The notes below the pieces were generated by a model. It worked only from the letters and a program-made list of their open reading frames with translations. It had not been told where the DNA came from and did no database searches. Positions 47,700 to 56,542 of a stretch of 64,000 nt of DNA are shown here, in pieces. Position numbers and translations under genes: made by a program. Numbering within the stretch: position 1 is the stretch's first letter; each line of letters begins with the position of its first letter. Location: the sequence record OR258281.1. One strand, given 5' to 3'.

Positions 47700-48219
47700 T
47701 GACCAAATATTTTTAACAGAAATGATGTACTTTACAGTAAATGCTAGAGATATGGCGAAGAAGTCTATTTTAACATTCAATAAAAACTTCTATTATCATG
47801 ATAATACTGTAAGTGGTACTAAATTAAATCTAGAATCTTATAGTTTTGAAAATATTATCTGTAACGGGCCAACATCTGATTATATATTTTTTGAAACTGC
47901 TATTGTAGAAAAAAGTAATAACCCAATTAGCAAAAGTTTGATAATTTATGATGACCAATATATTCCAGAAAATATAACATTTAAATTTGATAATGATAAG
48001 ATAACTTGCCTTAGAACTGTTCACACAAGCGAAATTACTGAAGAACTTATCGTATTAGAATCTTCTTCTGATTTTTTTAATGTAGTTATGACAAATGAAA
48101 GCACTTTAACTTATGATGATCTTCATTTTTTCAAAGAATTATTCAAACAAATTGAAGACCCATTTGAATTAAGATACTTACCACATGAACAATACAAATA
48201 TGGATGGATAGATGAATAA
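47683..48219 (+). CDS. FN-motif family small protein
   Basis: SSSDFFNVVMTNESTLTYDDL. Confidence 0.75.
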   Translation: MRLTVSDQIFLTEMMYFTVNARDMAKKSILTFNKNFYYHDNTVSGTKLNLESYSFENIICNGPTSDYIFFETAIVEKSNNPISKSLIIYDDQYIPENITFKFDNDKITCLRTVHTSEITEELIVLESSSDFFNVVMTNESTLTYDDLHFFKELFKQIEDPFELRYLPHEQYKYGWIDE

Positions 48220-49507
48220 TCAAAATACTGATCAAGTAGAAAAACAAATTGTAAAACATTATGCTGGAAGTATTGCATATGGTACTAACACACCATCATC
48301 AGACACCGACTTTCGTGGTATCTTTCTGGCACAGAAGAAATTTATTCTTACTCCGTTCTTTAATGTTCGTGAAGTACAAGATACTACTGAAGAAGATACA
48401 AAATTTTATGAACTGAATCAGTACATGAAACTTTATCTGGACGCAAACCCTAATATTCTTGAATCATTATGGGTTGATGACAAATTCATTACTCACCGAA
48501 CTCCAGAATATGACCTTCTTCGTTCCCATCGTGAGACACTGTTAAGTACTAAGCTGGCATTCACATACACGGGCTATGCACACAACCAAGCAACGCGTAT
48601 GAAGAATCACCACGGATGGATGGATAAAGAGCGTAAAGGCGTACAGGAGCTACAGGCTATTGTAGATTCAATGCCATGTATTCAAATTATGGAATGGATT
48701 AAAGATACATTCCCTGAATATGTATTCAAGCAGGTTAACTTTGATAAAGCAAAAGACAAATATGTTAAGACTGTGGTTAAAACAGAAAAATACATGCGTA
48801 TTCATGCATTACAAATGCTTAGCCTTCAGCCATTACAACAGTACCATTTTATTAAGCTAGTACATAACTATCTTCCACATCAGGTACTGGACCGTGATTT
48901 CAGTATTATGGATTACAACTCAGGGTACGAACTAATTCCATATGGTGAAAACATTTTTGCAGTAGTACGAAAATCTGAAGGTAAATGTATTAACTCTGAC
49001 GGTAGTATTCATAAGATTGATACTTCCAATCGTTCACCTGAAGAAATTAAACAACAGCCATGCCTGATTGTCAAATTCAACAAAGATGAGTACCTGAAAA
49101 GTTCTGATAATCGTAAGAACTATCATCGATGGAAGGAAAACCGAAATTCAGATCGTGCAGTTCTTGAACTTGAAAATGGATATGATACTAAACATGCCAT
49201 GCATGTAGTACGTCTCATGCGTACTGCAAAAGAAGCATTGAGTACTGGAACCATTAATGTATTCCGTCCAGATGCTAAAGAACTTTTGGAAATCCGCAGT
49301 GGATCGTGGTCGTTTGATGAAATGATGCAGTACTGGAAGGAGATGGAAAATGAAATTCGTGAAGTTCATTATAAGAACTCTGTTCTTCCGTCTAAACCAA
49401 ATATCAAATTAGCTTCGAAAGTACTAATGGATATTCGTGAATTACAGTGGTACAGCAGTAATAAAACTACTTTTACTATTAAATTAAATAACATTTGGAG
49501 AAAGTAA
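48212..49507 (+). CDS. Pol-beta superfamily nucleotidyltransferase (RlaP/RNA-repair type)
   Basis: AGSIAYGTNTPSSDTDFRGIF, NPNILESL, YDTKHAMHVVRL, ELLEIRSG. Confidence 0.85.
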   Translation: MNNQNTDQVEKQIVKHYAGSIAYGTNTPSSDTDFRGIFLAQKKFILTPFFNVREVQDTTEEDTKFYELNQYMKLYLDANPNILESLWVDDKFITHRTPEYDLLRSHRETLLSTKLAFTYTGYAHNQATRMKNHHGWMDKERKGVQELQAIVDSMPCIQIMEWIKDTFPEYVFKQVNFDKAKDKYVKTVVKTEKYMRIHALQMLSLQPLQQYHFIKLVHNYLPHQVLDRDFSIMDYNSGYELIPYGENIFAVVRKSEGKCINSDGSIHKIDTSNRSPEEIKQQPCLIVKFNKDEYLKSSDNRKNYHRWKENRNSDRAVLELENGYDTKHAMHVVRLMRTAKEALSTGTINVFRPDAKELLEIRSGSWSFDEMMQYWKEMENEIREVHYKNSVLPSKPNIKLASKVLMDIRELQWYSSNKTTFTIKLNNIWRK

Positions 49508-49701
49508 TGAATACAAGTACAAAAAATTATGTTTTAGAGGATTGTGAAGCTGATGGTCCAGAAGTACCTGCCATCGAAAATGCTAAGTATTATATTACAG
49601 AAGCATATAAGTTCCAAGCTAAAAACAGTATTGAGCGTTATCAAGTAGCATATGAAATTGAAGAACTATTAAAACAGCTTCGTTCAGAAAATAAAGAGTA
49701 A
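49507..49701 (+). CDS. Hypothetical protein
   Basis: 64 aa from ATG 49507. Confidence 0.65.
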   Translation: MNTSTKNYVLEDCEADGPEVPAIENAKYYITEAYKFQAKNSIERYQVAYEIEELLKQLRSENKE

Positions 49702-49706
49702 TAAAT

Positions 49707-49731
49707 AACCCGGCATAGTCCGGGTTTTTTT
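49707..49731 (+). terminator. Intrinsic terminator
   Basis: AACCCGG-CATAGT-CCGGGTT then T run. Confidence 0.85.
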
Positions 49732-49779
49732 GTATGTACCTCATAAATATTTTTATAACAATTAATAGAGGGTACTATC

Positions 49780-50046
49780 ATGATGGTGTTTTTCAGTAAA
49801 ATATTAATCAAGGTACTTTTACACGTTCTTTTAAAGATCGTATACAGTATGGCGTCTGAACAGGTTATTTCTGGTCTAGTCTTCAAACTACTATATGCCC
49901 TTGCGAAGAAAACTAAAACTACTAAAGATGATGATTTCGTGAAAAAGGTAGAAGACTTGTATCATTCAATGTCTGATGTTACTGACAGCGAAGCTACACG
50001 TACAGTTGAAAAAATAAAGATCCTTAACGATAAGGACAGTCAATAA
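49780..50046 (+). CDS. Small membrane-associated late protein (holin candidate)
   Basis: Hydrophobic N-half, charged C-half, TAAATA upstream, near spanins; function call is weak. Confidence 0.5.
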   Translation: MMVFFSKILIKVLLHVLLKIVYSMASEQVISGLVFKLLYALAKKTKTTKDDDFVKKVEDLYHSMSDVTDSEATRTVEKIKILNDKDSQ

Positions 50047-50050
50047 CCGA

Positions 50051-50086
50051 ACTCCACATGGTAAATAGTATCATGTGGAGTTTTTT
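50051..50086 (+). terminator. Terminator hairpin with TAAATA late-promoter hexamer in its loop
   Basis: ACTCCACATG-GTAAATAGTAT-CATGTGGAGT then T5. Confidence 0.7.
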
Positions 50087-50101
50087 ATTAAGGAAAATTT
50101 A

Positions 50102-50674
50102 ATGGCACATAAAGTTATAGGAGACCTATCGGTAGAAGGTACTCTTTCGGTACAAGGGAAAAATGTTGGTACTACAATTAATGGTACTAAAGTAGATTCA
50201 AGCGGTAACATTAATTTAGACTTTTATACATTAGACGAATTACGTGAAATGATCAGTGTACTCCCGGTAACTAAGTTTGTAGCTAGTACTTATAGTTCAA
50301 GTGCATTTGTACTCACTATTACTAACCCTAGTACATTATTCATGGCAGGCCAAGTACTAACTATACCAAGTCTTACTATCAATTTGGCTACAGTAGATCC
50401 AGCACCAGCAAATAAAACCTTTTATGTCTATGTTATTCTAAATCAGGGTGTTGCTTCTTATAATTTTACAACTGTACCTCTTTCTGAGTCAGTTAACTCC
50501 AACTTTGGAGTTTTATATGTTGGTAATGTAATAACTGACAGTACTAAGATTCTTCAGTACGGTATTACTGATCGCGTCAGGCTTGACATTTATGCACCAT
50601 CAGTAAATGCTTCAGGATTATCATTCCCGGTTAGTACTGGATTTCCATCAAGTTCAGGTAATATAACATGGTAA
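50102..50674 (+). CDS. Tail-fibre/baseplate-associated protein, paralog A
   Basis: Start moved to MAHKVIG (AAGGA SD); shares PANKTFYVYV and FPVSTG.P modules with the next two genes. Confidence 0.7.
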   Translation: MAHKVIGDLSVEGTLSVQGKNVGTTINGTKVDSSGNINLDFYTLDELREMISVLPVTKFVASTYSSSAFVLTITNPSTLFMAGQVLTIPSLTINLATVDPAPANKTFYVYVILNQGVASYNFTTVPLSESVNSNFGVLYVGNVITDSTKILQYGITDRVRLDIYAPSVNASGLSFPVSTGFPSSSGNITW

Positions 50675-50683
50675 GGATAAAAT

Positions 50684-51268
50684 ATGTCTAAAAGTTATAG
50701 CGATTTAAAAGTAAGTGGTGATATTTCAATTCAAGGAAATAAAGTACTCAAATCAGTCAGTGCTAATGGTTCTACGCCTGTATTACCTGATAGTTCAGGA
50801 AAAGTTACACTGGATATTGTAGATAAAAATACAGTTAACAACTTTTTTGCTAATATACCATTATCAAGATATGGACTGCTTAATCAGTCTTCAAGTACTG
50901 CAACCGTTTCTAATTATGTAATAACGTTTTCTAACAGTACACCTGTATTTTTAAATGGAATATATTACGAGTTTCCTGCTAATATAGCAGTGGACCTTAA
51001 ATTAGTAGATGCATCCCCAGCAAATAAAACATTTTACGTATATGTAAGGAATGTATCGGGTACACTAATGTATGTTGCAAGTACTACTGAAGTAGCAGAA
51101 AGCGAATCAAATATGTATATTTTCAAGTACTTAGCAGATGGAACTGCATCAATTACAGTACCATTTGTTTCAAGATTGTACGTATACCGACCATCATTAA
51201 CACAAATTGGATCAGCATTTCCGGTAAGTACTGGAAATCCATCAGGTACTGGTGCAATTGGCTGGTAA
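50684..51268 (+). CDS. Tail-fibre/baseplate-associated protein, paralog B
   Basis: PANKTFYVYV, SRLYVYRPS, FPVSTGNP. Confidence 0.7.
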   Translation: MSKSYSDLKVSGDISIQGNKVLKSVSANGSTPVLPDSSGKVTLDIVDKNTVNNFFANIPLSRYGLLNQSSSTATVSNYVITFSNSTPVFLNGIYYEFPANIAVDLKLVDASPANKTFYVYVRNVSGTLMYVASTTEVAESESNMYIFKYLADGTASITVPFVSRLYVYRPSLTQIGSAFPVSTGNPSGTGAIGW

Positions 51269-51278
51269 AGGAATATAA

Positions 51279-54014
51279 ATGAAAAAAATTAAAGGGAATT
51301 TAGACAGCAAATCCAGTATAACTAGTGCATCATCTTCTGTAGTTACTGGTTTAAACAATGTTACACCAGACGGTGCTGGAAACATTAACTACCCTATGGT
51401 GAATAAAACTGATTTTACCAAAATGCTTAATATGTTACCAATTTCACGTGTTGGTACATTATCATATCTTCCAATGAACGTAAGTGGTTCATTTGAGGGT
51501 GGTACAACAATGTCATATCGTTCTTGTTTTCCAGGATTATTAGAAAATGACGGTACTTTGGTATTCCTACGTCCGGGAACGAATGGTAGTACTATTAACT
51601 ACTATTATTCTTATGTTAATAATGCACTAGGTACTAGTTCGTTAAAAGCTACACATACAAATAAAGGCTATTTTACATCAAGCTCAGATGATATTTGTAT
51701 GCTCAATTCTGATACACAGAATGTTTTGTTTTATCAGAATCAGACGAAAGGTACTATTGGTCTTATTTTAACAAATGGAACCATGGATCAACGCCAACAT
51801 GTTGGTGCAACTCTTCCAGTAAGTTCTATGCCGTATTATAACCAGTACGCTTTGAAAGTCGGAACATATATCTATGTTTTCTCTTTATATTCAAGTACTA
51901 TAAGTGCCACTGATATTAGTAATTATTATACTAATCTAACCGACCCATTCAAAATTATAGTATATCGTATTCCAGTATCTGAAATTCAATCAGGTACAAT
52001 TAATACAATTGAGCAGGTTTCTGGAATTACCGGTACTGACCTGTACGGTAACAGTACTAATTCTGATGGTATAATTATAGCACCTAAAGCACTATCTAAC
52101 AACTTGTCAGACCAAGCTTATGCGAAGTATGATACTAATATTGCAGGTGGTACAATTTGTGGGTATACATCCGTTGGTCTAAAAGCGGTGTATGATGGTA
52201 ATAATAGTATTAACTTATGCTGGACAAACAACTGTTATTTTACTAATAGTAATCAGCGTAAAGATACTTATGTAGGATTCAATACGTATTATAATGTAAG
52301 TTCAAAATCATATAGTACTAACCTTACAACTGGTTCTGCTATTACTGCTACTGCATCTTCCAGTACATCACCAATAACAATTAGTAATCCATATGAGATA
52401 ACTGGTAAACAGTTAGACGGGAATTATGATGTTATTTCTGATGGTGTGCAGGGTTCAGCTTTTATAAGTGATGGCGGTTACTTGTTTACTATAACTGATA
52501 AGTACGTACTGAGTGATTTTTATTTCATTATCAGAGCATCAATTCAAGGTTTTACTACCAAGTATAGTGCAATGAATGTTCGTTCAAGAACACTGAATAA
52601 TGTTATAAAGTATCAGCAACAATCATCATACGGTTCAGTAATAGGTGATAACCTTATAGGTGCAATTCCAGTGAGTTCAACTAAAGTACTGACTGCAAGT
52701 AATGGTACTTATAATGGCGTGAACTACAGTGCAAGTTCTTCTAAATCAGTTGCTGATTTTGGAACAACAAGAACATTCACATACAATTCAGTACAAAAAG
52801 GTACTAGAACTGGTTATGCACCTCAAGCAGACCGAGCACCAGTAACTGCTAACCCGGCGTATTTGACTTATGGCTTAGTATCTCTGATTGACGCTGCTGG
52901 TAACTGTCAGGCATATGGTACATCATTTGTCGAAGGATTCAAGAATTCTACCGGGATGGCGTTTAATGCAACTTCCAAAACATTTACTGGAGTACTTAAC
53001 GTTCAGCAAAGTGCATATGATAATGCAAGAAATGCGGTTATTAGTGCACAGAATATTTCTGGTTATACAACGACTAGACTTGCACTTTATTATGTTCCTG
53101 ATTCGTCATATACTTCCAGTATAGGTATGTTGTATGTAACTTATAGTAATATGGTAAGAATATATATTTTCGGTTGTACTTGTACAGTAAGTAACAGTAC
53201 TATTACTAACATAACTTACAATACTTTTTACAATATGGATCAGGTTTCTCCAGCATTTTCAGTTTCTAGTGGTTCACCATATTACAAAGGTGGTTTAGTA
53301 GTAGCAAAATACTCAGATTTCACTTTTATTGGATTTGATGGTACTTGTTCTCTTAATGTTCCTGGTGATACTAATGAAAGAACATATGCTTATAGTGCAA
53401 GTACGACAGGTGTAGTTGATAGTACTTCATTCCTAAGTCATAATTCTTATCATACTGCACAGCTTAGTGATAACTACTGGTATAGTGCAATACCTAACTA
53501 TGGATTTGGTTGTTTTATATTTGGTAATAATGACTTTGGTACTAAACTTATTTTCAGACAGTTTGGTAATACACAAAGTGCTTATGCTAATCTTAAAAAT
53601 TTAACCAATTATACCGATACTGTAATTCTGGCACAAGATGTAGCACAGGGTTTTCAAGTTTATTTTACTGAAGAAGTTCCAGTATTAGTGAGTGGAAGTT
53701 TCTACAAACTGCCAATCAGTACCATAGACTTACTTACTATAAAAGCTAATCCTGCAAACACTACATTCTATGGCTATGTTCAGATCGTAAACGGTGTATG
53801 TAAATACACTATCAGTACTACCGTTCTTCCTGAAGATCTTAACACTATATTTTTCTGTACTATTGTAACTGACGCAAGCCGTATAAGTTCTATAAGTGCA
53901 GAGAAAGTTACCAGATTCATGAATTATCGTCTTAGTACAACAAACAAGGGTTCGGCTATACCGGTAAGTACTGGTGCACCGACTGACAGTAACGTTACAA
54001 GATGGAAAAATTAA
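51279..54014 (+). CDS. Large tail fibre / receptor-binding protein, paralog C with ~700 aa insert
   Basis: 911 aa S/T/N/Y-rich beta protein; N- and C-terminal modules homologous to paralogs A and B (PANTTFYGYV, IPVSTGAP). Confidence 0.7.
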   Translation: MKKIKGNLDSKSSITSASSSVVTGLNNVTPDGAGNINYPMVNKTDFTKMLNMLPISRVGTLSYLPMNVSGSFEGGTTMSYRSCFPGLLENDGTLVFLRPGTNGSTINYYYSYVNNALGTSSLKATHTNKGYFTSSSDDICMLNSDTQNVLFYQNQTKGTIGLILTNGTMDQRQHVGATLPVSSMPYYNQYALKVGTYIYVFSLYSSTISATDISNYYTNLTDPFKIIVYRIPVSEIQSGTINTIEQVSGITGTDLYGNSTNSDGIIIAPKALSNNLSDQAYAKYDTNIAGGTICGYTSVGLKAVYDGNNSINLCWTNNCYFTNSNQRKDTYVGFNTYYNVSSKSYSTNLTTGSAITATASSSTSPITISNPYEITGKQLDGNYDVISDGVQGSAFISDGGYLFTITDKYVLSDFYFIIRASIQGFTTKYSAMNVRSRTLNNVIKYQQQSSYGSVIGDNLIGAIPVSSTKVLTASNGTYNGVNYSASSSKSVADFGTTRTFTYNSVQKGTRTGYAPQADRAPVTANPAYLTYGLVSLIDAAGNCQAYGTSFVEGFKNSTGMAFNATSKTFTGVLNVQQSAYDNARNAVISAQNISGYTTTRLALYYVPDSSYTSSIGMLYVTYSNMVRIYIFGCTCTVSNSTITNITYNTFYNMDQVSPAFSVSSGSPYYKGGLVVAKYSDFTFIGFDGTCSLNVPGDTNERTYAYSASTTGVVDSTSFLSHNSYHTAQLSDNYWYSAIPNYGFGCFIFGNNDFGTKLIFRQFGNTQSAYANLKNLTNYTDTVILAQDVAQGFQVYFTEEVPVLVSGSFYKLPISTIDLLTIKANPANTTFYGYVQIVNGVCKYTISTTVLPEDLNTIFFCTIVTDASRISSISAEKVTRFMNYRLSTTNKGSAIPVSTGAPTDSNVTRWKN

Positions 54015-54026
54015 GGATGAATTACT

Positions 54027-54389
54027 ATGGAAGTAATATATAAGTACTTTATAGCAGCAGGTCTTGGAGTTCTATACAGCATCCTTCTAGCCTTTGGTGG
54101 CTGGAAGGCCCACGTATGGTACACCGGGTATGAACAGAACAAATTAAGTGTAGTAAAAGATGCAGTACAGGAAACACGTACTTTAATAGTAAGTGAAATT
54201 GCTAAGAAGTTTGAAGATCAAAAAGTAGTACTTGAAAATAACAATGAAGATGTACGTCAGCAGCTAAAGAAAGTTACTGTAAAAAATGTATATCAGAATG
54301 TGTGTATTGATCAGGATGGAGTTGATATTTTGAAAACTCTTAAGTCAAAATCAAGTGCAGTTAGAGGGTTCACTGATGATAAAAAATAA
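54027..54389 (+). CDS. Inner-membrane spanin (Rz-like)
   Basis: N-terminal TM then coiled coil; overlaps a downstream lipoprotein gene. Confidence 0.75.
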   Translation: MEVIYKYFIAAGLGVLYSILLAFGGWKAHVWYTGYEQNKLSVVKDAVQETRTLIVSEIAKKFEDQKVVLENNNEDVRQQLKKVTVKNVYQNVCIDQDGVDILKTLKSKSSAVRGFTDDKK

Positions 54390-54687
54390 AATTTTAGGTT
54401 GCATTTTGGCAGGGATTTTCGTATTATCAGGGTGTTCAGAAAAGGTGACAGTTAACCCTGAGTCAAACATTATCCAAGAGAATCTTTTGGCACGTTGTAC
54501 TAAAGATACTCCGATTCCGGTTTCTGATAAAGTAGATAGTAATGGAACTCAGATATATGACGGAACGGTACTAATTGGTACTCTATCTGATTGGGATAAA
54601 GTTTACAACATTTGCAGTACTAAAGATGATGCATTAATTGATGCAATACGTAAGCTGCAAGCGAATAAAACTATCAAGGTGAAGTGA
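54376..54687 (+). CDS. Outer-membrane spanin lipoprotein (Rz1-like)
   Basis: MIKNKILGCILAGIFVLSGC lipobox; Cys pair; overlaps the Rz-like gene. Confidence 0.75.
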   Translation: MIKNKILGCILAGIFVLSGCSEKVTVNPESNIIQENLLARCTKDTPIPVSDKVDSNGTQIYDGTVLIGTLSDWDKVYNICSTKDDALIDAIRKLQANKTIKVK

Positions 54688-54688
54688 G

Positions 54689-55324
54689 ATGGGATATAAA
54701 AGTATCGCTAAATTCGAAGTTCAGGAAATCATTAAGTTAATCAACTCACCAGGGCAGGTGGCAATCATTAAAGGTCATCGCGTCCGTGTAAGTGGTGCAC
54801 GATTACAGAACTTTGCAGTTAACGGTACTGACTGTATCTGTTGTGGTGCAAAAGGTAAGTACTTTTCATTAGAATCTAATGGAGGTGGTTACCATCTTAA
54901 TTTATACGCAGTAAACCAGTATGGCAAAGAAGTTATGATGACTCGTGACCATATTAAACTTAAATCATTGGGTGGTCTTGATACTGTTGAGAACTATACC
55001 CCGATGTGTGACCAATGTAATAATAAAAGGGCTAATATCTACCCTGAGTTACAGGACTTTCTTAATGCATATCATAATGGTACTTTAATCACTCCGAAAG
55101 AACACAATCGGTTACTTAAAGGATTAGAACCCAAGAAACAAGACCACAGACCTAATTCTGAAAAATCATTTGAGGAACTTGGTAGTAGGGCACAAAGAGC
55201 AATGATCTATAAATGGAGAATTGCAAGCTGTTACTCTCATGTACCTTTGTACTGGCGACACGGTTATGGTCGTGAGAAAGAAGTACATGTTGAAGTACCA
55301 GAAAATTTAACTGAAACGTTTTAA
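54689..55324 (+). CDS. HNH endonuclease
   Basis: CICC...TRDHIKLKSLGGLDTVENYTPMCDQCNNKRAN. Confidence 0.85.
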   Translation: MGYKSIAKFEVQEIIKLINSPGQVAIIKGHRVRVSGARLQNFAVNGTDCICCGAKGKYFSLESNGGGYHLNLYAVNQYGKEVMMTRDHIKLKSLGGLDTVENYTPMCDQCNNKRANIYPELQDFLNAYHNGTLITPKEHNRLLKGLEPKKQDHRPNSEKSFEELGSRAQRAMIYKWRIASCYSHVPLYWRHGYGREKEVHVEVPENLTETF

Positions 55325-55341
55325 CAATATATTCTATACTA
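55312..55341 (+). promoter_or_regulatory. Phage promoter (copy 5), pointing into the non-coding region
   Basis: TGAAACG 55312-55318 (in the last HNH codons), N16, TATACT 55335-55340. Confidence 0.8.
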
Positions 55342-55342
55342 T

Positions 55343-55370
55343 AAGGGAGAAGGTAACACTTCTCCTTTTT
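55343..55370 (+). terminator. Terminator-like hairpin at the predicted transcription start
   Basis: AAGGGAGAAG-GTAACA-CTTCTCCTTTTT. Confidence 0.65.
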
Positions 55371-56040
55371 CAATTCTGACTGGTGTACCCGTTAGTCGTG
55401 TTAAGTACTTAAGAGCTAGTACTTAGTTGGTACAATATAATAAACCTGATCCTATCGAAAAGTAGATGGCAGATGAGTAGTCCAGACAGTACGATGAGCA
55501 AATAAAACCCGTGTAAATTACTCCAAGCGAATGCAGAGGCCACGGCAATCAGGCTCAATAAAGGCGAGAGAAAACATTATCGCCCTTGATAGAGATTTAG
55601 GTCTAAAACCCTACCATGTTGAAAGGGAACCAATACATTTATGTATTGGTATTATAAAGTACTGCTGAATTAGTATTTTATAAAAGCGTAGTGATGAGCT
55701 ACGACCGTTGTATAAGACCGAGGTAACTGGAAACCGGACAACCCGCCAGTGCCTGTAATTGGATAAGATAGATTCGTCCAAATATTACAGAATCCTTGAA
55801 TTCAGAATGTTAATGACTACCAACGTCAAATTATTGATTTCTTCCTCCTTGCGGGGGATGGAAATGTACAAACAAACCACGTCAAGTAGTAATTGCTGTT
55901 AAAGCTTTTAGTAGTTTTAAAATCAATTATAATGAATTGAATGAGAAATGAATGAACGTAGTGAATTCATTACGAATGAAAATTCTTGACTTACGTAGTA
56001 AGGCAATCAAAAAGGCTAAATAGTTCAGTACTAAAACTCC
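55371..56040 (+). ncRNA. Putative large structured non-coding RNA (alternatively replication origin)
   Basis: No ORF of 60 aa or more on either strand; 45-47% GC in sampled lines; at least seven hairpins, several needing G-U pairs; GAATGA-type iterations at 55931-55980. Confidence 0.5.
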
Positions 56041-56055
56041 TATGAGGTTTTAATA

Positions 56056-56496
56056 ATGGATGAATTTAACCCTAATGATCTTAGATCAATGATGGATTAT
56101 GTGGAACAAGAAGAGTCCAGTAATTCAGATGAAGCACTACTTAAATTTGTAGAGAACTCATTATTTCTTGAGTCACAAGCACACCACTGGCATCTGCAAT
56201 GTGGTAATTATGCTAAGCATATGGAACTTGATGAGTTCTACAAGGGATTCCCTGAATTTGTTGATACTTTTATTGAAGGTATGATGAATTCTCGTGGTCC
56301 TATACAAAGCACTGGAGCATCTTATGTGTTCCAGCCATTGAGTTCTGTTATTGAAGTACTTCAGAACTATAAGCAACAATGTGTAGCAGTACACGGCGTG
56401 TTAGAACAGGAAGAAGATTTTGGTTCAGTAAACGCCATTGAGGATATTATAAGTTTTGTTGACAGTATCCTATATAAACTAAAAGTACTAAAATAA
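56056..56496 (+). CDS. Ferritin/Dps-like four-helix protein (DUF5856-like)
   Basis: QAHHWHLQ...YAKHMELDEFY...DTFIE...YKL pattern. Confidence 0.75.
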   Translation: MDEFNPNDLRSMMDYVEQEESSNSDEALLKFVENSLFLESQAHHWHLQCGNYAKHMELDEFYKGFPEFVDTFIEGMMNSRGPIQSTGASYVFQPLSSVIEVLQNYKQQCVAVHGVLEQEEDFGSVNAIEDIISFVDSILYKLKVLK

Positions 56497-56500
56497 TATT

Positions 56501-56530
56501 AAGGACTCTATATGAGTCCTTTTCTTTTTT
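56501..56530 (+). terminator. Intrinsic terminator
   Basis: AAGGACTC-TATAT-GAGTCCTT then T-rich run. Confidence 0.8.
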
Positions 56531-56542
56531 GGAAAAATTATA

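Noticed and set aside
55460-55560. RNase P RNA or tmRNA
   Set aside because: GATGAGTAGTCC only loosely resembles GAGGAAAGUCC; the 3' P4 strand and the tmRNA GGGG start, T-arm and CCA are missing.
55440-55710. TIGR-type or box C/D guide array (GTGATGA, CTGA) next to HNH
   Set aside because: Boxes are not periodically spaced, and the HNH protein has no room for or sign of a Nop domain.
55460-55830. Group I intron reading (TAGTCC resembles S; GACTA resembles R)
   Set aside because: The elements are in the wrong order (S-like at ~55477 precedes R-like at ~55815) and no interrupted gene flanks the region.
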